NCBI GenBank assembly: GCA_965262355.1
Contig: OZ253534.1
Span: 3,234,232 to 3,298,231 of the forward strand
Direction of reading: 5' to 3'
DNA length: 64,000 nt
DNA from: Candidatus Multivorans sp.
Lineage (GTDB): Bacteria; Acidobacteriota; Thermoanaerobaculia; Multivoradales; Multivoraceae
In this document: positions 18,380 to 26,042 of the stretch, in pieces
How the letters are laid out: the number at the start of each line of letters is the position of its first letter
How positions within the stretch are numbered: the stretch's first letter is position 1
The notes under the pieces: generated by a model
Seen by the model: the letters and a program-made list of their open reading frames with translations, nothing else
The model's database searches: none
What the model was told of the DNA's origin: nothing
Translations under genes and position numbers: made by a program

Positions 18380-19486
18380 ATGAAGAAGACGACTCGCCTG
18401 CTGGCCTTCGCCGTTGCCCTTCTCCTCCCGCTTCCACTGGGCGCCGCCGCGCAGGAGAGCGGAGAGGTGCTGAGGAACGCGGACATCATCACCCTGACCG
18501 AGGCCGGGCTGCCGACGGGGATTATCGTCTCGAAGATCCAGACCACGAGGACCGATTTCGACATGTCCGTGCAGGGGCTGGTCGCGTTGTCGAAGGCCGG
18601 CGTGGACGAGGCGGTGCTGGAGGCGATGACTCACGCAGCCTCCGGCGGCGTCCGGGCAGAGGCGCCCCGGCGGGCCGGGGGAGCACCCGGAGCAGGCCGC
18701 ACCGCCAGCGGGGCGGATGCTCAGGCGGCGTCTGTCGCGTCGCGTCAGCCGGGGGAGACGTTCCGGGACCCTCTGAGCTCGGGCGGCGTGGGTCCTGAGA
18801 TGGTCGTGATTCCGGCGGGGAGTTTCCAGATGGGCTGCGTGTCGGGTGTGGATTGCTTTGACGGCGAGCAGCCGGTTCACCAGGTGACGATTCCTCAGGC
18901 GTTGGCGGTCGGGAAGTACGAGGTGACGTTCGAGGAGTACGACCGTTTCACCATGCCGACAGGCCGGGTGGACGACGAGGGCTGGGGCCGCGGCCGCCGT
19001 CCGGTGATCAACGTGTCGTGGCAGGACGCAAAGGACTACGTGCGTTGGTTGTCCCAGGAGACGGGTGAGAGCTACCGTTTGCTGAGCGAGTCGGAGTGGG
19101 AGTACGCGGCTCGCGCTGGTACGGGCACGGCGTACAGTTGGGGGAACGAGATCGGCTCGGGCCGTGCGAACTGTTATGGTTGCGGGAGTCAGTGGGACAA
19201 TTCGCAGACGGCGCCGGTGGGTTCGTTCTCGGCGAATGGCTTCGGCCTTCACGACATGCACGGGAACGTTTTTGAGTGGGTGGAGGACTGCAGGAACGAG
19301 AGCCACAACGGTGCGCCGTCGAACGGGCGCGCGTGGCTTGGCGGGGATTGCTCCCGTCGCGTTTTGCGCGGTGGTTCCTGGATCGACATACCGAGGAACC
19401 TCCGCTCCGCGCTCCGCTTCAGGAACACCACCGGTCTCCGCTTCAACATCATCGGTCTTCGTGTAGCCCGGACGCTCACTCCTTGA
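18380..19486 (+). CDS. DGR target protein: secreted FGE/sulfatase-modifying-factor (C-type-lectin fold) domain protein with C-terminal variable region
   Basis: ATG at 18380 after AGGAG. Signal peptide MKKTTRLLAFAVALLLPLPLGAAAQ. FGE-sulfatase-family signatures (PVINVSWQDAKDYVRWL, SESEWEYAARAG, LHDMHGNVFEWVED, RVLRGGSW). The last 40 codons but two form the VR. Confidence 0.85.
   Translation: MKKTTRLLAFAVALLLPLPLGAAAQESGEVLRNADIITLTEAGLPTGIIVSKIQTTRTDFDMSVQGLVALSKAGVDEAVLEAMTHAASGGVRAEAPRRAGGAPGAGRTASGADAQAASVASRQPGETFRDPLSSGGVGPEMVVIPAGSFQMGCVSGVDCFDGEQPVHQVTIPQALAVGKYEVTFEEYDRFTMPTGRVDDEGWGRGRRPVINVSWQDAKDYVRWLSQETGESYRLLSESEWEYAARAGTGTAYSWGNEIGSGRANCYGCGSQWDNSQTAPVGSFSANGFGLHDMHGNVFEWVEDCRNESHNGAPSNGRAWLGGDCSRRVLRGGSWIDIPRNLRSALRFRNTTGLRFNIIGLRVARTLTP
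19358..19477 (+). repeat. DGR variable region (VR)
   Basis: Gap-free 120-nt alignment with TR 21051-21170. 19 mismatches, 13 of them at TR adenines. Confidence 0.85.
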
Positions 19487-19516
19487 GTCCTTACCTCCTT
19501 ACCTCCTTGGGGGGTT

Positions 19517-19541
19517 CCAAGGGGGGCTGTGCCCCCCTTGG
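19517..19541 (+). promoter_or_regulatory. GC-rich hairpin 3' of VR (DGR homing-associated stem-loop candidate)
   Basis: CCAAGGGGGG-ctgtg-CCCCCCTTGG: perfect 10-bp stem with a 5-nt loop, 40 nt downstream of the VR end. Confidence 0.6.
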
Positions 19542-19583
19542 TCCGTTGCGTAGTCACTGAGTGGACTTGAGGGAACTATCGTC

Positions 19584-19994
19584 ATGATGCTTGACGACGA
19601 GTCGAACGAGAACCGCGCCACGCCTGCGAACAGCGCCCGGATGACGGGAGCGGCATTGGAGTCCCACTACCGGTTCATCCTGTGGTTGGTGCCCGCGGTC
19701 GAGCGCTTCCCCCGGAGCCGCAAGTTCCTGCTCGGCGACCGGATCCAGACCACCGCACTCGATGTCCTGGAACGCCTCATCGAGGCGACCTATACCCGCC
19801 GCCGGTCCGGCCACCTCGCCGGCGCCAACCTGGGCTTGGAGAAGCTCCGCTTCATGTTCCGCCTGGCCTGGGATCTGCGCGTCCTCGACCGCCGCCGCTA
19901 CGAGTACGCCGCCCGCAGCATCGACGAGACGGGGCGCAAGGTCGGCGCCTGGCGAAAGGTGCACCGTGCCCGGGAAAGCACGGGAACTGTTTGA
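19584..19994 (+). CDS. avd: DGR accessory variability determinant (Avd; four-helix-bundle protein)
   Basis: ...HYRFILWLVPAVERFPRSRKFLLGDRIQTTALDVLERLIEATY... is typical of the Avd / 23S rRNA-IVS four-helix-bundle family. Located between target and RT. An internal ATG at 19641 is an alternative start. Confidence 0.8.
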   Translation: MMLDDESNENRATPANSARMTGAALESHYRFILWLVPAVERFPRSRKFLLGDRIQTTALDVLERLIEATYTRRRSGHLAGANLGLEKLRFMFRLAWDLRVLDRRRYEYAARSIDETGRKVGAWRKVHRARESTGTV

Positions 19995-21159
19995 CCGCAT
20001 CGCCTCGTTCGAGGCGCTGCACGCCGCAACCCTGCGCGCCGCCAGGGCGAAGCGCGGGAAACCCGGCGTGGCGGCGTTCCTCGCCAATTTGGAGCGGGAA
20101 GTGCTGCGGCTCGAACGGGAGCTGCAGAGCGGTACCTACCGCCCTGGGCGCTACACAAAGATCGAGATCTTCGACCCGAAACACCGGATCGTATCGGCGG
20201 CCCCGTTTCGCGACCGCGTGGTTCACCACGCCTTCTGTGCGGTCTGCGAGCCCGTCTTCGAGCGCGGCTTCATCCACGACAGCTACGCGAACCGGGTCGG
20301 CAAGGGCACGCACCTGGCAGTTGCGCGCTACGAAAAGTTCCGCGACCGGTTCCGCTACGTTTTTCGCTGCGACATCTTCCGCTACTTCCACACCATCGAC
20401 CACGAGATCCTGAAGCGGGACCTGCGCCGCCGGCTGGCCTGCGAGCGCACTCTCGACCTTGCCGACCGCATCATCGACGGCTCGAACCCGCAGGAGCCGG
20501 TGTACCAGCTCTTTCCGGGCGACGATCTCCTGACGCCGCTCGAGCGCCGTCGCGGGCTTCCGATCGGTAACCTGACCAGCCAGTTCTTCTCGAACCTTTA
20601 CCTCGACGGCATGGACCACTTCATCAAGGAGGTGCTGCGGGCGAAGGGCTACCTGCGCTACGTGGATGACTTCGTGCTGTTTCACGACGACCGCGAACGG
20701 CTCGAAGAGTGGCGCGACCGGCTGGCGCGCTTCCTGGAGGGAAGGAGGTTGCGGCTTCACCCGCGCAAGACGTTGATCCAACCAACCGCCGAAACGGCGA
20801 CGTTCCTCGGCTTCGTTGTGCTGTCCGGCGGCCGGCGGCGCCTGCCGGAGGACAACGTGCGCCGCTTCCGCAACCGGCTACGCGGCTTGCGCGATCGCTG
20901 GCGGCACGGAACCGCGACGCGGGAAGAAGTCGAGCGGCGGGTGCAGTCCTGGATCGCGCACGCCGAACACGCGGACACTTGGCGCTTGCGCCACTCGATC
21001 TTTCGCGCCGGGTGGTTTGACCCGGTGCGGGGGCCTGGCTCTCCCCCCGACGCGTTTTGCGCGGTGGTTCCTGGAACAACAATTCTAGGAACCTCCGCTC
21101 CGCGAACCGCAACAGGAACACCACCGGTAACCGCAACAACAACAACGGTTTCCGTGTAG
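19966..21159 (+). CDS. DGR reverse transcriptase
   Basis: In track ORF 19762..21159. A GTG at 19966 overlaps the avd stop. RT motifs: RPGRYTKIEIFDPKHRIVSAAPFRDRVVHHA, LPIGNLTSQFFSNLYL (DGR-type motif 4), YLRYVDDFVLF (YxDD). The ORF runs 109 nt into TR before its stop. Confidence 0.85.
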   Translation: MPGKARELFDRIASFEALHAATLRAARAKRGKPGVAAFLANLEREVLRLERELQSGTYRPGRYTKIEIFDPKHRIVSAAPFRDRVVHHAFCAVCEPVFERGFIHDSYANRVGKGTHLAVARYEKFRDRFRYVFRCDIFRYFHTIDHEILKRDLRRRLACERTLDLADRIIDGSNPQEPVYQLFPGDDLLTPLERRRGLPIGNLTSQFFSNLYLDGMDHFIKEVLRAKGYLRYVDDFVLFHDDRERLEEWRDRLARFLEGRRLRLHPRKTLIQPTAETATFLGFVVLSGGRRRLPEDNVRRFRNRLRGLRDRWRHGTATREEVERRVQSWIAHAEHADTWRLRHSIFRAGWFDPVRGPGSPPDAFCAVVPGTTILGTSAPRTATGTPPVTATTTTVSV

Positions 21160-21170
21160 CCCGCACGCTC
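21051..21170 (+). repeat. DGR template repeat (TR)
   Basis: Read in the VR frame it gives RVLRGGSWNNNSRNLRSANRNRNTTGNRNNNNGFRVARTL (eleven AAC codons plus one AAT). It has 30 adenines, 13 of which differ in VR. Confidence 0.85.
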
Positions 21171-21361
21171 GACAGCCGGAACCGGCGACGCCACGGCGCC
21201 GCCGAGAGCGCAGTGAGCGTCCAGGGAGGGTCATGATGAAACCCGGTGCGCCGCCCCTCTTGCTTCGCGCTGCGGAGGAGGGGCGGCGCCGACCGGGATT
21301 GCTGCGACAGGCAGTACCGTTTCTGGTCCTGGACGGTCTCGGCGGTACGATCGGAGGCGCC

Positions 21362-22027
21362 ATGGAATGCGGCGAGCCTTCGGCGGCACAGGACTTCGAG
21401 CGGGCGTGTGCCGGTGAGGCCTTCGGCACGGTCCTCGCCGATCCGCCGTGGCAATTCCTGAACCGGACCGGCAAGGTGGCGCCCGAGCACCGGCGGCTGA
21501 GCCGCTACCCGACGCTGACGCAGGCGGAGATCGAGGCAATCCCGGTGGCTTCGGCCTGCGCCGACGCCGCCCACCTCTATCTCTGGGTGCCCAATGCTCT
21601 GCTGCAGTCGGGTCTGGACGTGATGGAGCACTGGGGATTCACGTACAAGACGAACCTGGTCTGGCACAAGGTGCGCAAAGATGGCGGTCCGGACGGCCGT
21701 GGGGTCGGTTTCTACTTCCGGAACACGACGGAGCTCGTGCTGTTCGGGGTGCGGGGCAAACTGCGCACGCTTCCGCCAGGCAGGCGGCAGGTGAACATCA
21801 TCCGCTCGCGCAAGAGGGAGCACTCCCGCAAGCCGGACGAGCTCTACGAGATCATCGAAGCGTGCAGTCCCGGCCCCTACCTGGAGCTGTTCGCCCGCGG
21901 ACGCCGGTCGGAACGCTGGACCGCCTGGGGCGACCAGAGTGCGTCGTACGAGCCGGACTGGCCTACCTACGCGAATGCCAGCGGTGGAGCTCCTGCTCCA
22001 CAGCGGCCAGGATCGCGTCCAGCATGA
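21362..22027 (+). CDS. MT-A70-family N6-adenine methyltransferase
   Basis: FGTVLADPPWQF (DPPW catalytic motif), ...HLYLWVPNALL..., ...NTTELVLFGVRG..., ...HSRKPDELYEII... ATG at 21362 follows GGAGG. The track ORF starts at 21233. Confidence 0.8.
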   Translation: MECGEPSAAQDFERACAGEAFGTVLADPPWQFLNRTGKVAPEHRRLSRYPTLTQAEIEAIPVASACADAAHLYLWVPNALLQSGLDVMEHWGFTYKTNLVWHKVRKDGGPDGRGVGFYFRNTTELVLFGVRGKLRTLPPGRRQVNIIRSRKREHSRKPDELYEIIEACSPGPYLELFARGRRSERWTAWGDQSASYEPDWPTYANASGGAPAPQRPGSRPA

Positions 22028-22742
22028 AGGCGATGAAGCGCGTGCTTTCGCCATCCGCTGAGCTGAGTTCGATCGCCTCGTAGTACTGGCTCTGGCGGTC
22101 GCGGACGACGCTTTCCACCGGCACGTGGGCGAACAGCGGCTTCCAGCGAGTGAGGATCAGGGTCTGCCAGAGGCGGCCCAGGCGGCCGTTGCCGTCCTCG
22201 AAGGGGTGGATGAACTCGAACTCGTAGTGGAACACGGAACTGGCGATGAGCGGATGTTCATCCGAATCCCGCAGCCAGCCGAGAAGGTCGGCCATCAGCC
22301 CCGGCACGCGGCTGGCCGGCGGACCGATGTGGTGGACGCCGTCGGGACCGATTACGCCCACCGCGCCGGCGCGGTACCGGCCCGGCGCCTCCACCAGCCC
22401 GGTCATCAGGATCTCGTGGGCCGTCAGCAGGTCGGCCTCGCTCGACGGCGCCCAGCGATCGAGGAGGTCGTAGGCTGCAATCGCGTTCCGCACCTCCTGG
22501 ATGTCCTTCGGTGGCGCCACGACCCGCTTGCCGTCGAGGATCGCAGAGACTTGCTCCTCCGACAGCACGTTGCCTTCGATCGCCACGGAACCGTGCACCG
22601 TGCGAACGCGGGCCTCACGCCGCAACCGCAGGTCCAGCCCCAGACCGGCGGCCTCGCTTCGACCGACCGCTTCGCCGACCTGCTCCACCTGGGACAGGAT
22701 TGCGGACGTGATCGAGAAAGGCGGAGGCGCCACTGCGCTCAT
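21963..22742 (-). CDS. Fic-family protein (AMPylase-type) with N-terminal inhibitory-helix-like motif
   Basis: Fic motif HPFEDGNGRLGR. Upstream SVAIEGN fits (S/T)xxxE(G/N). ATG at 22742 chosen inside track ORF 21963..22853. The 3' end overlaps the MT-A70 gene by 65 nt (convergent). Confidence 0.8.
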   Translation of the reverse strand: MSAVAPPPFSITSAILSQVEQVGEAVGRSEAAGLGLDLRLRREARVRTVHGSVAIEGNVLSEEQVSAILDGKRVVAPPKDIQEVRNAIAAYDLLDRWAPSSEADLLTAHEILMTGLVEAPGRYRAGAVGVIGPDGVHHIGPPASRVPGLMADLLGWLRDSDEHPLIASSVFHYEFEFIHPFEDGNGRLGRLWQTLILTRWKPLFAHVPVESVVRDRQSQYYEAIELSSADGESTRFIAFMLDAILAAVEQELHRWHSRR

Positions 22743-22839
22743 GACCCGAACTTTGGCACAGCACCCGCCGCGCACGAGATCCAAGCGCCGATCAATACCC
22801 GGCCCCGATACGATCCGGTGGACCGATGGAGGAAGACCC

Positions 22840-23136
22840 ATGTGCAGAAACATCCGCGTCCTCTACAACTTCGAGCCGCCCGCCAACAGTGAGGAAGTAC
22901 GCGCGGCGGCGCTCCAGTACGTGCGCAAGGTCAGCGGTTCGACCAAACCGTCACGCGCCAACGCGGCTGCCTTCGAGCAAGCTGTGGATGCCGTCGCGGA
23001 GGCGACCGCACGGCTGCTCGAGGAACTGACCACCACCGCGCCGGCGCGCGACCGCGAAGCCGAGGCGGAGAAGGCCCGTGAGCGCTGGCAGCAGCGCCAA
23101 GAGCGGATGGCGGCGGCGGGGTCCGGCCAAGGCTGA
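22840..23136 (+). CDS. DUF2277-family small protein
   Basis: ATG at 22840 after GGAGG. MCRNIRVLYNFEPPANSEEVRAAALQYVRKVSG... matches my memory of the conserved DUF2277 N-terminus. Confidence 0.6.
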   Translation: MCRNIRVLYNFEPPANSEEVRAAALQYVRKVSGSTKPSRANAAAFEQAVDAVAEATARLLEELTTTAPARDREAEAEKARERWQQRQERMAAAGSGQG

Positions 23137-23337
23137 CTGACCGTGATCAGGCTCAGAAACGGGCCAAGCCTACCCGGTTGCGAGCTTCCTGACTTGGAGA
23201 TCCGGCCTTGGGCTGCCACTATTGACTCCAACTTGGCGCCAGCCCGCCGGGTGACCACCGACCCGAGGTCGTTTGCCGGACATGCGACAAGAGACTCTGC
23301 TCGCTCCGAGGCTCCACAACAGAAGGGATGTTCCACC

Positions 23338-23583
23338 ATGAGATCTGGTTCAAGAGACAGCGGTCCTCACGAGAAGCACAAGCCCGGAAGCAACGAAGCG
23401 CCTGTGCCCGAGACCCGTGGCGAGACCGAAACCGGGGCTATTCTCGGCGTCTTTCGGGAGCTGAGCCTGGACGACTCCGAAGTCAGGGACAAGATGAAAC
23501 GCTTGGCAGAGGGATGGGACACCGAATTGGCAGCCGCGGAGCCGGAGTTGATGATCCGGCGTGACACAGCGACGAATGGCTGA
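23338..23583 (+). CDS. Hypothetical small acidic protein upstream of the SDH-type protease
   Basis: 81 aa from an internal ATG of track ORF 23143..23583. It ends 28 nt before the protease ATG. No motif recognised and coding status is uncertain. Confidence 0.3.
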   Translation: MRSGSRDSGPHEKHKPGSNEAPVPETRGETETGAILGVFRELSLDDSEVRDKMKRLAEGWDTELAAAEPELMIRRDTATNG

Positions 23584-23611
23584 AGAACGATTTTAAGGGG
23601 AGTGACTGAGA

Positions 23612-24589
23612 ATGCCGAATTGGAGCCAGATCCTGGGTGAGATCGGGACGGCCGGGAGCGTTCACGACGTAGTTCGTCGACGCTATTTGAGAGCACTTGG
23701 TAAGCTGACTGGGCGTAACGTCATCGTCTACTATTCAGGTTGGCTTCAGAACCCCCGAATTCCGGGAGTCGTCATCAGTGATGAAGACAAGAACGGATTC
23801 ATGACCGTGATTCATGAGATGGATCGGAAGCGCGGGCTTGATCTTTTGCTGCATACGCCTGGCGGAGAGACGGCGGCAACGGAGTCTCTAGTCGACTACT
23901 TGAGGGCGTCTTTCGGCAGGGACATACGTGCGGTCGTTCCGCAGCTCGCGATGTCCGGGGGAACGATGATCGCTTGCGCTTGTAAGGAAGTGCTGATGGG
24001 AAAGCACTCGAGTCTCGGACCCATTGATCCACAGTTCGCCGGAATTCCGGCTCATGGCGTCGTTGAAGAGTTCGATAGGGCCAGGAAGGAGATTGAGGAG
24101 AACCGCTCCAGCATTCCTTTGTGGCAGCCGATCATCGCGAAGTACAGTCCGACACTCATTGGAGAGTGTGAGAAGGCGATCGCGTGGTCGAACGAGATGA
24201 CAAGAGAGTGGCTTCGCACAGGAATGTTCTATGAGGCCGAGGCGGCTGACGAGACGATAGGGAAGATCCTCGAGGAGTTGGGAGATCATGCCCTAACGAA
24301 GTCGCACGCGCGGCACCTTTCGATCGAGCGCTGTCGGGAGATGGGCCTCAAGGTCGCTGCGCTGGAGGACGACCAGGAGCTGCAGGAGGCTGTGTTGTCC
24401 GTGCATCATGCATGTATGCTGACGTTCTCAGCGACGCCTGCGGTGAAACTCATCGAGAATGACCGCGGAGTCGCCTTCATCAAGGTGGTTCAGCAGGTTG
24501 TGGTTTCGGGTCAGCCCGCATCAAAGGGCGGTGTCGATCAGGCGCCGGTTGAGGAGGCTGGCGGCGACCGGGCGGGGCGGCTTGCCTAA
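23612..24589 (+). CDS. SDH-family (serine dehydrogenase proteinase) ClpP/crotonase-fold serine protease
   Basis: 325 aa. ...NVIVYYSGWLQ..., LLLHTPGGETAATESLVDYLR, PQLAMSGGTMIACACKEVLMGKHSSLGPIDPQ are typical of the S49-like SDH family. Preceded by AAGGGGAG. Confidence 0.7.
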   Translation: MPNWSQILGEIGTAGSVHDVVRRRYLRALGKLTGRNVIVYYSGWLQNPRIPGVVISDEDKNGFMTVIHEMDRKRGLDLLLHTPGGETAATESLVDYLRASFGRDIRAVVPQLAMSGGTMIACACKEVLMGKHSSLGPIDPQFAGIPAHGVVEEFDRARKEIEENRSSIPLWQPIIAKYSPTLIGECEKAIAWSNEMTREWLRTGMFYEAEAADETIGKILEELGDHALTKSHARHLSIERCREMGLKVAALEDDQELQEAVLSVHHACMLTFSATPAVKLIENDRGVAFIKVVQQVVVSGQPASKGGVDQAPVEEAGGDRAGRLA

Positions 24590-24665
24590 AGAGGGCAACC
24601 GCTGGTGTGTGACGCGTTCGTCGCAGTGCATCAGCTCCTTCCTAGCCAGATCAGCCTGAACAACT

Positions 24666-24720
24666 CAGGCCCGCCGCTTCGCGGCATAGCGCTCGATGCC
24701 GGCCAGAACGCCGCCGCACC
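24666..24720 (+). repeat. REP-like element family A, degenerate copy A1
   Basis: CAGGCCCGCCGCTTCGCGGCATAGCGCTCGATGCCGGCCAGAACGCCGCCGCACC lies between convergent genes. It aligns with 31601-31656 and the reverse complement of 59474-59535. Confidence 0.6.
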
Positions 24721-24726
24721 AAGCAG

Positions 24727-26007
24727 CTAGCCCGCCGACTCCGCCCGCATCACCGTGTCGTAGTAGTCGATGACGCGGCGCACGTAGGCGCGCTTCTCGA
24801 GGTAGCTGCCGGGGTAGAAGCTGCGCTTGAAGCCGTAGATGATCACGTTGCGGAGGTCGTCCAGAGACAGGTTGAAGGCCTTGCAGGCGGAGGCGATCTC
24901 GTTGGTCACCGTGGTTCGCGACATGAGCCGGTTGTCGGTGCAGAGGGTGACGGAGAGCCGGTCCTTGACCATCCGTCCGAAGGGGTGGTCGGCGAACTTG
25001 CGTAGGTGCTGGATGCTCTGCAGGTTCGAAGTGATGCAGACCTCGAGGGTGATGCGCCGGTCGCTGATGTACTGCGTCAGGTTGCGGATGTAGCGCTCGG
25101 GATCCTTCGCCGCCGTCGAGTTCGGGTTGTCGCGGCGTAGCCGGTCCGCGTCGTAGAGGTGCGTACCGTGGCCGATCCGGTCGGCCCCGAGCAGTGTGAT
25201 GGCCTGGTAGATGCTCTCCGGCCCGTAGGCCTCGCCGGCGTGGACTGTCTTCATCAGGAAGTTCTGCTGCGCGAACAGGTAGGCGTCGCGATGGAGCGAA
25301 GCCGGATTGCCGGCTTCGGCGCCAGCCAGATCGAAAGCCACGATCGGCAGTCCGAGGCGGTCGCGCGCCTCGACCACCGCTCGGGCCAGCGACAGCGACG
25401 CCGCGGCGTGGACCTCCGGCCGTGTGAACCCCTGGAGGGCCGCGTAGAGCCCGCGGTAGTAGCGACTGTGGCCGGGCCCGAACATCCGCAGCGCGCAGGC
25501 GATGATGCCGTAGCGAAAGGGCGGTTGGGCGCCGCTCTTGACGCCGTCGGTGGCCTCATGTTCCTTTCGCACGCGATCCAGACCGCGATCGACCGCCGCC
25601 AGGACGCCGGCCGTGTCCAGGTCGGGGCCGGTGTGAAGCTGGGGCGCCAGCCGGACCTCGACGTAGCACACGCCCTCGGCCAGATTGTCGGCGCCGAGTT
25701 CGTACGCCGCTCGCTCGAGCGCCTCCGCGGTGCACAGCGCCGGCGAGGTGTAGGAGAAGGCGCGGAGGTAGTCCTCCAGGTCGTCGTAGGTCTCCTTGAA
25801 GACGAGTTCCAGCAGGCCTTCCGGGGTCTGGGAAGGAAGCTCCAGGCCGGCGTCGCGCGCCAGCTCGATCAGCGTGTCGAGCCGGAGGGAGCCGTCGAGG
25901 TGGACGTGGACGTCGGTCTTCGGCAGCCTGCCGATCAGGTCGGCAGGGGGGACGGGTCCGTTCGGGTCAGTATGATTCGCAGTCTGCATAGCGCAGTGTA
26001 CAGGCAC
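24727..26007 (-). CDS. add: Adenosine deaminase family protein
   Basis: 426 aa. KTDVHVHLDGSLR (metal-binding HxH), TVHAGEA, GHGTHL, TDNRLMS are adenosine/AMP deaminase family signatures. Confidence 0.8.
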   Translation of the reverse strand: MPVHCAMQTANHTDPNGPVPPADLIGRLPKTDVHVHLDGSLRLDTLIELARDAGLELPSQTPEGLLELVFKETYDDLEDYLRAFSYTSPALCTAEALERAAYELGADNLAEGVCYVEVRLAPQLHTGPDLDTAGVLAAVDRGLDRVRKEHEATDGVKSGAQPPFRYGIIACALRMFGPGHSRYYRGLYAALQGFTRPEVHAAASLSLARAVVEARDRLGLPIVAFDLAGAEAGNPASLHRDAYLFAQQNFLMKTVHAGEAYGPESIYQAITLLGADRIGHGTHLYDADRLRRDNPNSTAAKDPERYIRNLTQYISDRRITLEVCITSNLQSIQHLRKFADHPFGRMVKDRLSVTLCTDNRLMSRTTVTNEIASACKAFNLSLDDLRNVIIYGFKRSFYPGSYLEKRAYVRRVIDYYDTVMRAESAG

Positions 26008-26042
26008 CTGTGGATTGGCGACTCTTGTCAGGGAGCGAGACG

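Noticed and set aside
16493-19306. 937-aa ORF on the minus strand spanning the M1 aminopeptidase and DGR target genes
   Set aside because: It is antisense to two ORFs with clear catalytic and domain motifs. Its translation is Arg/Pro/Ala/Gly-rich with no recognisable motif. This is typical of shadow ORFs in very GC-rich DNA. The same reasoning applies to 43231..45585(-), 31568..33196(-), 20624..22054(-), 8242..9249(-) and many other long overlapping track ORFs.
21233-22027. Functional link between the N6-adenine MT-A70 methyltransferase and the adenine-specific mutagenesis of the neighbouring DGR
   Set aside because: It is tempting because both concern adenines and the gene directly follows TR. 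However, DGR adenine infidelity is a known intrinsic property of the RT-Avd complex acting on RNA templates. I have no sequence evidence for a link beyond adjacency.
21963-22027. 65-nt convergent overlap of the MT-A70 and Fic genes as an annotation error
   Set aside because: Both stops are fixed by the sequence, and both C-terminal tails are beyond the conserved cores. The overlap is real at the ORF level, although the extreme tails may not be functionally important.
19500-24700. The DGR island as part of a prophage
   Set aside because: No capsid, tail, terminase, integrase or att-like repeats are recognisable within the window around it. The target protein has a Sec-type signal peptide rather than a tail-fibre-like layout.
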